Below, piece after piece: positions 11,134 to 26,720 of a stretch of DNA of 64,000 nucleotides (the first letter of the stretch is position 1; every line of letters begins with the position of its first letter). The translations under genes and the position numbers were made by a program. The notes under the pieces were generated by a model. That model was given only the letters and a program-made list of their open reading frames with translations, had not been told where the DNA came from and ran no database searches. Origin of the DNA: Emiliania huxleyi CCMP1516 (lineage: Eukaryota); the NCBI RefSeq assembly GCF_000372725.1, contig NW_005201421.1:62001-126000 (forward strand). Direction: 5' to 3'.

Positions 11134-14100
11134 CTACAACGCGCTGGTATGCAGGACCCGCCGGCGCTGGAACAGGGCGCCCGAGGCCGCGTCGCTCGCG
11201 AGCTGGGCGCTAAAGGACGGCCGCGTGGCGCGCGTCGCCGCTGGGGCGGGTGCCGGCGCCGCCTTGCCCCCGACGCCCTCCTGCTGCGCCGCCGCCTCCG
11301 CGCGCCTCGCCATCCGCAGCTGCATCTCCAGCATCACATTCGCCTGCGTGCCCCCCGCGGGAGGAGCGGGCGGACCGCTCGGGCGAGCGGCCGGGGCCGC
11401 GCCGGCGCCTTTGGCCATGCGCTGCTTGCGGGCCCTCTCGCCGTCGTCGCGCGCGTTGTCTGCGTGGGCCGCCTTGAGAGCGCGCACCACTCCGGCAATC
11501 GGGCCGAGCAGCTCTGCCGGGCTCGACGCGGGCTTCTCGCCCAGCCAGGCGGCGAGCGCCTGGGGGTTTAGGGTCAGGGTCAGGGCCAGGGATTAGGGTC
11601 AGGCGAGGCTTAGCTTCTCGTCTAGCCAGCCGGGCGAGCGCCTTGACGCGCCCTTCCGCCGCGGCGAAGTTGCCACGCAGCTCCTCGAGCGGCCCCTCGA
11701 CCTATGCAAACGGCGAGAGGCGTGAGGCGTCGCCCCGCACGCCACGCAGCCCTCGCTCGCAGCCCCCCCGCCTCCGCGGCGAACGCGCCCATTTGCCGCG
11801 CAAACGCGCCCTCGCCGGCCTTTGCAGACTGCACCGTGCGCATGGCGGCGCCCAGCTTGGCCAGCTCGGCGCGCATCTCTCCAAGGTCGGCGTCCTTGGC
11901 GCCCTCCAGCTGGGAGAGCTGCTCGTCGAGCGCGGCCACCGACTCGGCGGCGGGCGCCTTCTCGAGGCGGCGGCAGAGGTAGTGCAGCAGCGTCGTCTGC
12001 GAGTCGGCGGACTTGACCTGCACCAGCTTGGCCAGGTCGGCGAGCTTGAAGCCGTAGGCGCCGCCGCGCGCCGACTGGCCGTTGAGGTAGTTTCCGACGC
12101 AGAGCACTCGCTGCAGGAAGGAGCGGAGGCCCTGCGATGAGAAGACCTGCAGCGAGGGCTCGGCGAGGGCTCGGAGGAGGCTCGTGGGCGGGGAGCGGGC
12201 GGCCCCACACGCAAGAGAGACCTGCTCGATGGCCTCGGCGAGCATCGCAACCTCCTCCCCCATCGCCGCGACCGCGGGACCGAGCGTGAGCGTCGCCTGA
12301 CGGGCAGGGCCAAGTGTGTTCGCCCGTGGCGCGCCGCCCCTCCACACCGCTGCCCGCGTGAGTCTGTGGCCGCCTGCAGGCAGTTGAGCCGCAGGCCGAG
12401 CCGGTCGACCTCGCCGAGGCAGAGAAAGAGCTGCTCGACGCGGCCGAGCGACTCGCGCTCCCCCGAGAACTCGCGCACCGTCTCGAGCTCCTCCGCGGTG
12501 GGCATCGCCGACAGGAGCGCCGACACCTGCTCCAGCGAGAGCGGCGGCCCGTCGCACACGCGCGCCTTGATCTCGCCGTCCGGCAGCCGGAGCCTCGCCA
12601 TGGCGATGGCGACGTTGTTGGAGCGCTTGACGTCGATGAGCGCGATGTTCTTCTCGGCCTTGCCCTTGGCCGCCGCCGGCGCGCCCTTGCTCTCCTTCTT
12701 GGCCGCGGCGGGAGGCGCGATCCCAAAGACCTCTTCCACCTCCGCCGGGTCGAGGTCCGCCTAAGAATAGATCCAGACCTACTGACGGGCGAATCGAGAG
12801 CGACCACCCCTCCGCCGGCCCTTTCCGCCTTGGAGTCGTCGATCTCTTCGAGCCACACCGTGCCGGCCAGCCGCGCGTCGGGGATCTTGGACCAGTGGAG
12901 AGGCTTCAGGGGGAGGGCGGGGGTCCGCTTCGCCTTTGGCGGGACGAGCGGCCGCGCCAGGCTCGGAGGCACGGGTGGCGGAGGGGGGGCGCCCGGAGTC
13001 GACGGCGGCGGAGGGGCAGGAGGAGGAGGAGGGGCGCCACCGGCGATCGGCGGCGGCAAGGGGGCGCCGCCGAGGGGCGGCGGAGCGAGGGGCGGCGGAG
13101 CGAGCGGCGGCGGAGCGAGCGGCGGTGGCGCCAGAGGCGGCGGAGCGAGCGGCGGCGGAGCGAGCGGCGGTGGCGCCAGAGGCGGCGGTGCGAGCGGCGG
13201 CGGAGCGAGGGGCGGTGGCGCCAGAGGCGGCGGTGCGAGCGGCGGCGGAGGAGCGAGGGGCGGTGGCGCGAGAGGAGGTGGCGTGGCCGGTGGCGGCGCG
13301 GCAGGCGGCGGCGGCGTCTTCTTGAGCGCTTCGAGCTCGGCCTCGGCCCGAGCGAGGGCCTCCCTCAGCTGAGCGATCGACGCGTCCCTCTCCTTGAGGC
13401 TCTCTCCGAGGGCCTCGCCCGCATCGCTCGCATCGCCGGTCGCCTCTCCGGAGGCGGCGGCGGCGCCTCGGACCACCTTCTCTGACGCCGCTGCCGCTTC
13501 CGCGGCGGCCTGCACGGCGCGAGCCTTCTCCAGGGACTCTGCCGCCTCGCTCCTGGCCGCAGCCTCCTTCGCCTCTGCCGCTTCCGCCGCGCCTTGCGCT
13601 GCGGCAGCCTGCTCTTTTGCCTTTGCGGCCTCGCGGCGCCAGCGCTCCACCTCGGCCTCAAGCGCTCGCACCGCCTCGGAGTGCGCAGCCGCGGTCTCGT
13701 CCGCCGATGCGTCTTCCTGCGTGCCGCGCGAGGGCGGCGGCGGCGCTGGCGGCTGTGCGACGGCGGGCGGCGGCTGCGATGGCGGTGAAGGCCGCGCTTG
13801 TGGCGAGGGCTTGGGAGGAGGGCCACCCGGCGGTGGCGGCGGCTTCCCTCGCGGTGGCGGCGGCTTCCCTCGCGGCGGCGGTGGCGGCCGCGCCGGAGCC
13901 GGTGCGTCGCGGCTGCAGCCTTGGTCGCCCGCTGTCTGTAGCTCGGTGGAGTCCTCAGCCATCTCTCGGTCGAAGATTCGGACTTGCGTGTCGAGCTCGT
14001 CGCCGCGGCCAGAGAGGAGCCGGCGCGACGCCTCGAGGAAGCCCGCGGCCGCGAGCTCGCCGCGCAGCTCAACGCGGTCGCTGATGGACGCGCGGCCCGA

Positions 14101-15345
14101 CACGAGGGCGTTGAGCAGCTGCAGCAGCCAACGTTGCGCGAGCCGCCGGGGCGGCGCCAATGCCTCGACAATCGGCTGGAAGCGCGCGCCCGCTGCGTCG
14201 GTGTCGGAACAGCCGTGCAGAAGGGCGAGCTGCTCGAGCGCGGAAAGGACGCTCCTCGCTCCCGCCTCCGAGTAGAGCGCCACCGCGCAGAGCACCTCGC
14301 TCGCAGCCCGCAGCAGCGGCTCGCGACCCGGAGCATCGCAGAGCAGCAAGGAGCCGCCGCCACCGGCAAAAGAGGAGCAGACCGCAGGGTGGGAGGCAAC
14401 CGCGGCGAGTCCGACCTCGGCATCCGCCAGCACGGCAACGCACCGGATGGCCACGTCGAGCGTGGCCCAGTCCGCCTCAGGCCGCTCTGCGCGCGAGCAA
14501 AGGGAGCGAAGGAGCGCGGAGAGGGCGTCGAGTCCTCCACAGGCCACGAACTCGGCCGACCACTCGCCCGAGCCGGCCAGCCTGGCGAGGCACTCCTGCA
14601 CAGCCTCGAGCGAGCTCGCCTCTTCGCTGCGAAGCCGGGCGACAAGGTCGCGAGGGCGGAGGCTCGATGCGTTAGCTGCCGTTGACAGACACTCTCGCTT
14701 CTTGCTCGCCGGCCACGCCTCCATCTCTCCCAGCCGTGCGGCGGGAAGCGATAGCCCCGAAAGGAGCACGGTGAAGGCGCTGCTGACCGCCTCGTCGTCC
14801 ACCGCCTCGAATGCCGCATCGATTGCTTGCTCCGCCCGGATGGCCTCCTCCGCCGCGCCGTGGCCCTTTGAGTTTCTGCTGCTCTTGCCGCCGCCAAACA
14901 GGCCACTGATGACGTTCCGAGTCGAAGACGCCGTGTCGCCGATGGCGGCCCACGTCGAGGATGCCGCGCCGACGGGAGCCGCCCGCGGTGCCGAGGCTTG
15001 TCCACGAAGGGCGGCCGTCGAGATGGCGCCCAGCCACTTCTCTCGGTCGCGGGAGGTGCGGACGCAGTAGGTCTTTCTTGCGGTCGTTGTCTGGATGGTA
15101 AAGTACCACGGGTCGTGCACAGGAGGCCGGGCACGGGCAGGCGGGTCGGACTCCGCCGCAGACAGCACCGTCTTGGCGCCATCGCGCATGAGGAGCTTTC
15201 GCTGCGCATCCGAAGGGCTCTCGTAGTAGCAGAGCTCGCAGCCTCGCAGGACGGCGTAGATCTTCTTCCAACCGCCGCCCTTCTCCTTGAGCTTGAAGAG
15301 GTAGCCGGCCTGCGGAGCGCGGTACTGCTCGGAAAGAACGGGCAT
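11134..15345 (-). CDS. Formin with N-terminal PH domain, GBD/FH3, FH1 and FH2, DAD-like tail; multi-exon
   Basis: GYLFKLKEKGGGWKKIYAVL…REKWLGAI (PH); armadillo-like FH3; poly-(LAPPP) FH1 at ~12970-13315; LKPLHWSKI, KRSNNVAI, GNYLNG..GAYGFKL..TTLLHYL (FH2); QLASDAASGALFQRRR tail. Confidence 0.88.
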
Positions 15346-16137
15346 TTTTAGGCGGTGGAGTTTGGTCGGGACGACCGAAATTCAGCTGGTTTTAAAATAT
15401 TTTTCTTTTTTCCTGACACGAGAGGAAGAGGCAGACGCCCAAGGGCAAACATGGGAGACGGCTAGCACCACACTCCTTGCCTAAAATCCCTGTGTGGTGT
15501 CGGGACGACCGAACAGCTGAAGCCTGTCCGAAAAGAAAAAAACGGTGAAGTCCAAGCATGTCGATTGTGCCGAGGAATGGGAGATAGGTGACTGTATCGG
15601 CACCCTGAAGATCTTCTACCGCGAGCGGAGCCACCTCCAGCTCTTGTCGCTGATCCCGCCCGACAGGCCGGCTGCCACCTCCGCCGCCGCCACCACCTCC
15701 GCCGCCGCCGCTTCGTCTCGCTCCAAGCGGCCTCGGCCTGGTTCGAAGGCCGACGATCCAATCAACCTCAGCTAATCCACACAGTCCGTCGCGCGCCTTG
15801 AAGCTGCGAGCCTAGGGCGGAGGAGCGGACGGCGGAGCGCAGCCTGCTGCGCACGCGTTTTGCCCCTCTGCAGCAGCGTATCTTATTTTGAAACTATACA
15901 GTAACACAACATTCGAAATCGCGCGAGCGACGTCTGACGACGTCTGTAGTAGACACGGTACGGCTTTATCGTCGCCGAGACGTCGCGCCGTGAGCCGAGC
16001 GAGGTAAGGTAAGGTAAGGTAAACTTCTCCACACACACGAGGTGGTGGGGCAAGGGGGGGCAACCCTCGCGTCTCCACATCTGACGACAGGAGCCCCACG
16101 GCATTCAAAGTGCAAGGCCCAGTGCGCGTGGGTGAGC

Positions 16138-16186
<49 letters not shown>
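16138..16186. repeat. (GT)n microsatellite
   Basis: Read directly. Confidence 0.95.
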
Positions 16187-16189
<3 letters not shown>

Positions 16190-16407
16190 CGAGACTTGAC
16201 CCCACATGAGACTTGGCGTCGCGACGGCGTGTGAAATCGTAGGAATCGGTTGGATCCGCGTGCGGGGGCCGGGGACCACTATAAAGACCGGACCCCGCTC
16301 GCCACTCTACACTCCGACTCCTGTCAGGTCGCCGCATCTAACCAACCGCGCCGCTCCCCCTCTCTGCCCCCTGGGTCTGGAGCCTCCGCCGCGCCGCTCC
16401 CGTCGCG

Positions 16408-19400
16408 TCACGACCACAGCTCCTTGACAAGCCTGCCCTCGCCCTCCATCCGAGACACGAAGGCGGCAGCCTCCGCCTCGCTCAGCTTGCCGTGCTCGAC
16501 GGCGGTGCGCTGGAGCGCCAGCACAACCTCCCTCCCCATGGCGGTGCCGCCGCAGATGTAGAGGTGGCCGCCGCGGCAGCCCAGCAGCGACCACACCTCC
16601 CTCCCGTCCTCGCGCAGCAAGTCCTGCACGTACACCTACCGCACGTTCTCACGGACGAGTCCTGGACGCATCCCGTCCTCGCGCTGCAATTTGTCGCAGC
16701 GCCCACACCTTGCGCGCTCCGTCGCGCGAAAAGGCGCAGCGCAGCGTGCCGAGCAGCTTGCCCTCGAGGGCGGCGGCCAGCTCGTCCTCGTACAGGTAGT
16801 CGCCCCGCGCGTGCCGGCAGCCAAAGTAGAGCCGCGTCGGCCCCGTCCGGCCGCGCCCCTCTGCCGCAGCCACGCGCATCTCCTGCAGGGCGGCGCGGAT
16901 CCACAGAGTCAACGAGTGGCCACGCTCATTGCTACGGTCGGAGGGGTGCCGCAGTCTCCTGCAGGAAGGCGCGGAACGGGGCGATGCCGGTGCCGGGACC
17001 GACCATCACCACCGGCGTGGCGCCGTCGCAAGGCAAGCGGAACGAGGAGCGGCGCACAAACGCGACGACGGACCGGCCGGCGGCCGCCGCCTCGAGCTGC
17101 GTGCTGCAGACTCCGAGCTTGGTGCGGTGCGGAGCGTCCCTGAACGGCTCGCGCAGCACCTGGCCTCGGGGCGACCTCGGGTGAACCTCGGGCGATCTCG
17201 GGCGATCTCGGGTGACCTCTGCTGATCTCGGGGCGACCTCGGGCGATCTCCGGTGATCTCGGGTGATCTCGGGTGATCTCGGCACCTTGACGGTCAAATG
17301 CAGCGTCGTGCGGTCGAGCGACGGCGAGGAGGAGATGGTGTAGTAGCGCGGCGCGAGGCGGGGCAAGAGCTCGAGCAAGCCTAATGGACGACGGGCGGTG
17401 ACTCACAGCCTCGCACCGTCCACGAGGCGGGGCGCGAGCTCGAGCAAGCCTCCGAGCGGCGGAGAGAGGGAGGGCATCTCCTGCAGCAGCTCCGCGGCGC
17501 CCCGGCCCGCCGCGACGACGTGCGCGGCGTACTCCTCCTTGCCCGCCCGCGAGGAGAGGTGCCTTCATCCACAACGCGGCAGCAAAGTCAGGTCCCTCGC
17601 CCGCCCCGGCCCGCCCTTGCCCGCGCCCGCGAGGGAGGAGGAGGCGCCTCAGCCGCGCCGCCTCGGCAGGGTCGGCTGCGTGCGCCGCCAGGAAGCGGAG
17701 CAGTGGCTTGGACGCGGCCGCGCGCAAGTCTGCGACCCAGCGCAGCGCCTGCCCGACCGCGCACGGGGTCGGGAGGATCGGGTTAGGGCTAGGGCTGCGG
17801 GTCTGGGGTGGCTAGGGTTAGCAGCGCCTGCCCGACCGTGCACGGGGTCGGCAGCGGCGGCGGCGGCGCGTCCGACCCGGCGGAGGGGTGGGCGAGGCGG
17901 AGGCGGAAGGTGGAGAGCGGGTCGAGGCCGAGCCGCGCGGCGGTGGCGGCGGCGAGGGCGGCGCCTGGGGTAAGGGGTCAGGGCCAGGGTCAGGGTCAGG
18001 GTCAGGGTCAGGGTCAGGGTCAGGGTCAGGGTCAGGGTCAGGGTCAGGGTCAGGGTCAGGGTCAGGGTCAGGGATAGGGTCAGGGTCAGGGTCAGGGTCA
18101 GGGTCAGGGTCAGGGATAGGGATAGGGATAGGGTCAGGGTTGGGATCTGGGTCCGGGTCCGGGTCTCGGGTGGAGGCGGCGAGAGCGGCGCCGTTGTCGC
18201 AGAGGACAGCGAGGTCGTCGGCGCACTCGTACCTCAGCCAGGTGACTCCGCGCCCGTCGCCTGCAGGGACATGTCCACGACACGTCCGGGACATGCCCGC
18301 ACCTCAGCCGGGTGACTCCGCGCCCGTCGCCCGCGGAGAGCGAGATGTGGCGGACCGATCCGCTGGACGCGTCCCGGCAGAGCTCGCGGTTCTCGCAGAC
18401 CTGCGGGACGTGCCACGGACATGTCATGTCATGTCATCGACATTCACGGACCTGATGTCATGGTGAGAGCGTCAAAAGTCAGGCCTGGCCCGCCGCCAGG
18501 CGCTGCTTCGGAAAGACGGCTCCGAGCCAGGCGAGGGGAGGCGCGTCGGAGCCAGGCTCGGAAACGCCGCCCGCCGCCGCCGCCGCCGACGGCGCCGCCG
18601 CCGACGGCGCCGCCGCCGCCACGACGGCGACGTAGCTCGGCGCGGGCGCCTCCTCCTCCGCCTCCTCCTGGCCGTCTGCCTGGTCGGACCCGCCGCAGAG
18701 GGCCACCCACAGGGAGGCGCGCCACGACTCAAAGTCGGCGTCGATGTCGCCGTCGTCGTCTCCCAGCCCGAGCGGCGCCAGCCTGCAGGAAGGGTCCAGG
18801 AAGGGTCCGGGAGAGGGCCTAGTCGCGCAGTCGGCGAGACACAGGCGGAGCGGTGTGCCGTCTCGCTCCGAGGGCGGAGAGGCGCGCGTCCACCCACTTG
18901 CCCATCGAGTTGTAGTGCTCGTACTGCGTGTTGCCTACCTCTCCACGTGCCGGTGTGAGCTGACCCGCCCGCCATCGCCTCACTCCTCTCGCCACTGGTC
19001 GCCGAGCCCAAACGCTGCATACTGCAGCGCCGCGAGGCAGCCGGGCTCGCGCGACGCGTCGCTGGCCCAGCGGTGGAAGGCGACCGTGTTGTCGGTCGGG
19101 TCTCCCTCGCCGTGTGTCGCCAGCAAGAAGACGCAGGGCCCCTCCACGCCGCCCAGCTCCTCTGGCGGGAGCTCCTCGAGGTCGAGCGCCCGTGCGGCGT
19201 ACCCCCGCACACGCGCCTCGCGCATCAGCGTGGTCGCGAAGCCCTCAGCCGTGCCCGTCTGCGAGCCGAACAGGATCGTCATCGGCCCGCGACCCGCCGC
19301 TTTCGCGCCGACGGCTCGGACGGGCGCCGACGGCTCTTCTCGAGGCGGAGGAGGAGCGCGCCGGCCGCGCTTCCAGCGAAGCAGCAGCCAACTGGCAATA

Positions 19401-19459
19401 AGCACAACAATCGTGGCGAGGCCGGACGAAAGGTCGAGAGCCGGCGAGGGGTTTGGCAT
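16408..19459 (-). CDS. NADPH-cytochrome P450 reductase-like diflavin oxidoreductase, multi-exon
   Basis: N-terminal [16 protein letters not shown] and [11 protein letters not shown] (FMN domain); [44 protein letters not shown] ending. Confidence 0.9.
17974..18140. repeat. Intronic telomere-variant array (GGGTCA)n
   Basis: More than 20 hexamers with GGGATA variants inside the reductase gene. Confidence 0.9.
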
Positions 19460-19521
19460 GTGAAGTGCCGGCGCGGCCGCAGCGTAGGGGTCGCACGAAA
19501 AAAAAAACGGGAACGCAGAAT

Positions 19522-19577
19522 GAGCTCCCCGGCCCTGGATGTGCGGTTGATGACTGCACTCCAAGTGCTCCAAGTGC
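19522..19577 (+). repeat. ~55 bp dispersed repeat
   Basis: AGCTCCCCGGCCCTGGATGTGCGGTTGATGACTGCACTCCAAGTGCTCCAA is nearly identical to ~57893-57943. Confidence 0.8.
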
Positions 19578-19713
19578 AGAAACCGGATACAAAACAAGAA
19601 AGCGGCCGCGGGGCTGATAGAGCAGGCCGGCTGCGGCTCCCGATGTACCTCCGCTTTTGGGTGGCGGTCGCGCGCTGCCGACGGCGCTCGCCGGCGCTAC
19701 GGCGCTCGCGGCG

Positions 19714-19732
19714 CACACGCACACGCACACGC

Positions 19733-19819
<87 letters not shown>
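19714..19819. repeat. (CA)n microsatellite
   Basis: Read directly. Confidence 0.95.
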
Positions 19820-19821
<2 letters not shown>

Positions 19822-20269
19822 CACGAGCAGCGTCGGGTACCGCCGGCATGTCGACCGCCGGCAGTTGACCGGCAAGATGAAGTCCACTGCGCTCGCAAAA
19901 AATACCACCGGAAGCGCCTCGCCGAGGCGCACAATAGTCCCCATGCTGGCAACGGCCAGTTCTGTCATCCTGGGCCGCTGCGAAAATCACGGCATGCGGA
20001 GGGGGGAAAAGCCGGTGCGCCCTCGGTCCTCCCGTTTCCCTTGCGAACGAGTGTAACTCGAGCGCCGCTTTTTTCCCATGTAGAACGAAACGTAGAAAGG
20101 TTGAATGTAGTTGCAAACTTTCCCCCCGAAGGGAACTTGGAAGGGGGAAAAAGCGAATGTAGAGTTCAGCCAATAAGCAGGGAAATTTCCGGTGGCCGCG
20201 GCTTCGCGCCTCCAACGCGGCCGAAGGAGATCCATTTCCCTCGAGAGGCTCTTCGCGCGTCTGGCCGAG

Positions 20270-21246
20270 ATGACGCTCCTCGGCCGTCGGCTGCTCCACC
20301 CCTTGCGCCGCTCCGCCGGCATGTCCTCGTCCTCCGCGCTCGCCGCAGAGGCGGCTCCGCCCTCGGCGCTGCGCTGGGCCGTGCTGCCGTGGAGCTTCTT
20401 CATCGGCGAGAATGTGCTCCTCTCGCACAACCGCGCCTCCATCATCGCGCTGTGCGGCGGCGATGAGCAGTCCTACCACGCCCTCTACAACGCCCTCTCC
20501 ACCGCGGCCTGCGCCTCGCTCGGATTCGGCTACTTCTTCCGCGTCGCTGGTGCGCCTCCGCTGCGGCACGTCTCCGTGGCGGCGGTCGGCGGCAGCTTCG
20601 TCCTCCAGGCGGTCGGTCTCGCAGGCCTCTTCCAGGCGCTCCCCCGCGTGCAGCTTCCCCTGGCGAGCGAGCCGGCCCACGGCGAGCGCGCGGAGCCGGC
20701 GGCGGCGAGCAAAGCCGGCGCTGCCGCCCGGCAGTGGGTGATCCGCTGCCCGATGGACTTCAAGGGCGAGTCGGCCTCGCCAGCGGTGACGAGCCCGGAC
20801 GGGCTGCACGGGCTGCACCGCGTCTCGCGGCACCCGATGCTCTGGTCGCTCGCCGCTGTTGGGCTCGGTGCGGCTCGCTCCTCTCCTCTCGTCGCCGGCC
20901 GGAGCAGGGCACCCACCGCGCCCCTCCTTCCCTTCCCCCCTCCCCCGCAGGCGGCGCGCTGGCCGTCCCCTCGGCGCCGCAGGCAGTGTGGCTGCTCGGC
21001 CCTGCCGCGATGGCGCTGCTCGGCGGAGCGCACATCGACTACCGCCACCGCCGCGGCGAGGGAGGCACGCTGAGCGCAGAGACGGAGCGCGTCACCTCGC
21101 TCCTCCCATTCGCTGCGATGGCGGCGGGCGCGCAGGCCGAGGGGGCGCTGGGCTCGCTGCAGGCGCTGGCACGCGAGCTCAAGGTCGAGAATGCCGTCCT
21201 GGGCGTGCTGCTGGCGGCGAGGTGGGCGATGACAAGGGGGAGGTAA
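20270..21246 (+). CDS. NnrU-family membrane protein, 2 exons (intron ~20868-20950)
   Basis: Several TM segments; RVSRHPMLWSLA and HIDYRHRR…TSLLPFAAM motifs. Confidence 0.7.
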
Positions 21247-22837
21247 AGCCGTAGGCAGTGGCAGAGGCAGCGCCGGCGGAGGGGTGTGTGTGAGGCCTCC
21301 CGCGACGAGGCGGGGCGGCTGGCCGGCGTGGGACGGGCTGGCGAGCAAGACGCCCATTGAGTGGTACGCAGCAGACACGGGAGGCTACGTGTTCACGGGG
21401 TGTGTGCCCCGTTTGTGCCGCGTCCCGTGCCCCCGAGTTCATTTTATAAAAGCCAGCGGCCGCTCCTCGTCTTCAAAAACATATTAAAAAGAAAAAAGAA
21501 CGCGCTCTTTTTGAACATGAAGCACTGCACCCCCTCCCCTCCGCCCGACGGCTTTCCAGCTGTGCTACGCTAGGCAAGCCGTGCGCTTTCCCCGCCTCTC
21601 ACGCTGGCCCCGCCGCCTACGTTCGCCGCAAGCTGCACGCCTTGATCCCCGCGACGCCTATTGCTCACCGAGCCCGCCCCGCCCGCACCACTCCCGCCGT
21701 GCGATGCGCCGCCGGAGCGGCTGTACCCCTTGGCCTCGCACCGCCTGCTCCCTCCCGCTCGCAGGTGCCGCCGCTGCCATTGAGGAGCCACGAGACGCGT
21801 CCGCTGCTGTCCATTCGCCACCCTTGCCCCGCGCTAGCCCGCACCATGCCCATCCCATTTTATGTTGCTGACGCCCGCCGTCGAGGGGAGGGCCGCTGCG
21901 GCATCTTGTCGAGCTGTCAACGCTGCGAGTAGGCGCGGCCCTCCTGAGCCCCCTTCCTCGCCATTCCCCCTCAAAGATGCTCTCAGCAGCACACCCCATG
22001 TCCATGTCAGCAGTACCCCATATATCCCCATACGTCCCCATACACCCCATGTACCCCATATACCACCTACCCCAAAGACATCTTCACAGCATTTTTGACC
22101 CTCTTTCACGTGGTTGTGCTCCGGTAGGCGCTTTCGTAGTACTCTGCACTGTAACCAGGAATAATAGTGCGCAGCATTACTCTGCAGTAGTATGATGTCA
22201 TCATCAGCATTACTCCGCAGTCTGCAGCCAAGACGAATGATGACATCTTGATGACCAGCAGCATAGTGGCTGCACAGTGCAGGCCGAAGGACACCAGCCT
22301 CTGAGGTCGAGACGAGGCTGCCGGCGTCGCCGCTGCAGCTCTGGGCATCACCTGCACAAGCAAAGCAGACTTTGTTACAAAAGCGGAGGCGTGTCGACGC
22401 GCCGCGCGCTCACATACTTGGGCTCCCATGCATGGCTCGGCGCGCGCGAGTCATGCGTCACGGTCGCTCTCCGACATATGAGGCGCGTTGAACTTGCCAG
22501 TGCTGCCCTGGCCTTCTGTCTGCCCGCCCAATGGGTGGCAGGTGCCTCTGCGCGCTGGCGCGAGTCATGGCGCATGCAACGCGTCTGAATGCTCGCCTCG
22601 CCTCGCGCAAATGCGAGAGTCGTGATTTCTTGTTGGTTTTCTAAAATCTCTCTCTCAAATGCGACCGTCCTCGCAGCCGACAGTCCACCCCCTGCTAAAG
22701 AAGCACTGCGATGAATGCGGCACCGGCGACGCATGGCAGGCTGGTCATGACGCAGTTATAGGGTGTTGTGTGCCGTCAGAGTGACTCGCGCTCTACCAAC
22801 CATCGCTCTACAACGCACCCGCCTCGTCACGCGGCGG

Positions 22838-22933
22838 ATGTAGAGCTCTACATTGCTCTACAGCGCTCCAGAGCGCTCTACATCTCTACAGCTCTACAGC
22901 GCTCTACACTCTACATCCTGTACACCCTCCCTC
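22838..22933. repeat. (CTCTACA)-rich dispersed repeat; inverted relative at 62159-62238
   Basis: Both copies contain CTCTACAGCTCTACAGCGCTCTA and end in TACACCCTCCCTC (read on the minus strand at 62 kb). Confidence 0.7.
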
Positions 22934-24477
22934 GCTGCCCACGCCGGGGACCGAGAGAGAGAGAGAATTCTTGATACGAAACCACGACGACACACACCAG
23001 TCGACTCGCATCGGTTGCCTCCATGAACGGCGGAGCTATTCTCGCGCCCACACCACACCTGGCTCCAACGTGGACACGCCCATAGCTGGGGACACTACTA
23101 GGTCACGCATGGCATCACAGAAGTTTTATCTCTGGGCCCCGAAAGGCATCTCTAGCAGTGTCGTTACACATGCCCCCTCCCCTCCTGGGCGCATGCGCCT
23201 CACGTCTCGCCAGAGCATAAGCCCTTGGCGTGTGGCGAGACGAGTTTTTCGCCATCGCAGCGAGCAGCAACCCGCCCGCCGCAAACAGCCGGAGGCCTCG
23301 CCGCGGCACTGGCTGCGCCGCGGTCCCGCACCCGTCGACGCAGCTCCCCCCGCGGAAGACCGCGCGTAGCAACGTCTTGACGATCGAGATGAGCGTGCCT
23401 GAAGCTCGCCCACCTACTGCCCCTGAGAGTTGGTTATTGAGTGGGATCAGCTCCCCCCCTTGGGATCGAAGCCGCCACAACCTCACACCCAACATCCCAG
23501 GCGGGATCAGAAGGGGACTCCACACCGGACACCGCCCGGGCACAGCCCCCCTACCCGTCGGATCGCACAGAGGGCCCCCTCGGAGCAGCCCACACACAAT
23601 CACGCATCGGCAGATTGAGTGCCTGAGTCAGGCAGACAGCACAGACAAGAGGAGAGAGAGGAGAGAGAGAGAGAGAGAGAGAGGAGAGAGGAGAGGGTGA
23701 GGGTGTGAACACACGTGAGGAGTGGGGGAGGGTGTCTGTGGTGGGCCGTAGTCCTACTACGTGGTTACAACCACGCGCCCCTCAGGAGCTTAAGGTAGAG
23801 TGGAGCGCCCTAGACGCCTCGGTGCCTCCCACCGGCGTGAAGACCATCCGGATCTATCTGCCGCGTCCTCCGTACGCAGCAGTCCCCGCGATGGCCCACG
23901 GTCCTCCGTCGCCTGGTCGAACCCCCTGCCTCCCGGTTGACCCCCCGGTCCCCGTACTCGACCATGAAATAAACTCAAAGTCCACCACAGCCACCAGCCT
24001 CCACCTCCACCCGCGAGCCGCCACCGCTGCCGCCCGCGACGCCGCCCGCCGCGTCAGATAGCCGCGACGCGCGCATCGAGTCGCGTCGGAGAGCCGCGCC
24101 GCACCAGCAGCAGCACCTGCACCACCACCAGCAGCAGCAGCACCACCACCACCACCCGAGAGAGAAGCGCACCTGCCCGACGCCGCCCGCCGCGTCAGAC
24201 GCTCGCGACGCGCGCGTCGAGCCCAGTCGCACAGCCGCGCCGCGCCAGCAGCAGCATCGGCACCACCAGCAGCAGCACCACCACCACCACCAGCAACAGA
24301 GACAGGCAGTGCAGGCGCAGAGGCGCTCGCAGAGCGGCGCTCAGCGCCGCGCACGCCACGCCGCGGACCGTCGCACGAGCGCACCGTACGTCGGCGGAGA
24401 GCCGCGTCGCCAGCCGTCTCGCGAGAGAGCGGCGCCGCCGCGTGCGCGCAGCAGCCGCCGCGGCAGAGGCGAGCCGC

Positions 24478-24514
<37 letters not shown>

Positions 24515-24733
24515 CGGGGACCCTCGCTCGAGGAACCCAGCTCCAAGAGACCTCGAGTGCGTGCGACACCTTGCGAGAGCCAATCGCGCCGCCCGTGGAT
24601 GCTCGAGGCGGAGATCGAGCAGCTGAGGGCGTCTCCGCTCACTTCGATCTTCATCCTAACTCTCCTCACCACCGTCGTCCTCCGCAAGCTGTACCAGCTC
24701 CAACTCAAGCTGGCGACGAAAAAGGACTGAGTC

Positions 24734-26720
<1,987 letters not shown>

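Noticed and set aside
15545..15775. Small ORF (…IGTLKIFYRERSHLQLL…)
   Set aside because: It has no ATG start or recognisable domain; it may be a gene remnant but cannot be supported.
17974..18140. Gly-Ser or Asp-Pro repeat protein, or a true chromosome end
   Set aside because: It is a hexamer array inside a reductase intron, with genes continuing on both sides.
19245..19968. ORFs with poly-(CV) or poly-(HT)
   Set aside because: These are translations of a (CA)n microsatellite; the same applies at ~16140 and ~26400.
23400..24512. Possible retroelement remnant with GA/CT tracts and a ~140 bp duplication (24038 and 24178)
   Set aside because: No RT, integrase or terminal structure could be recognised.
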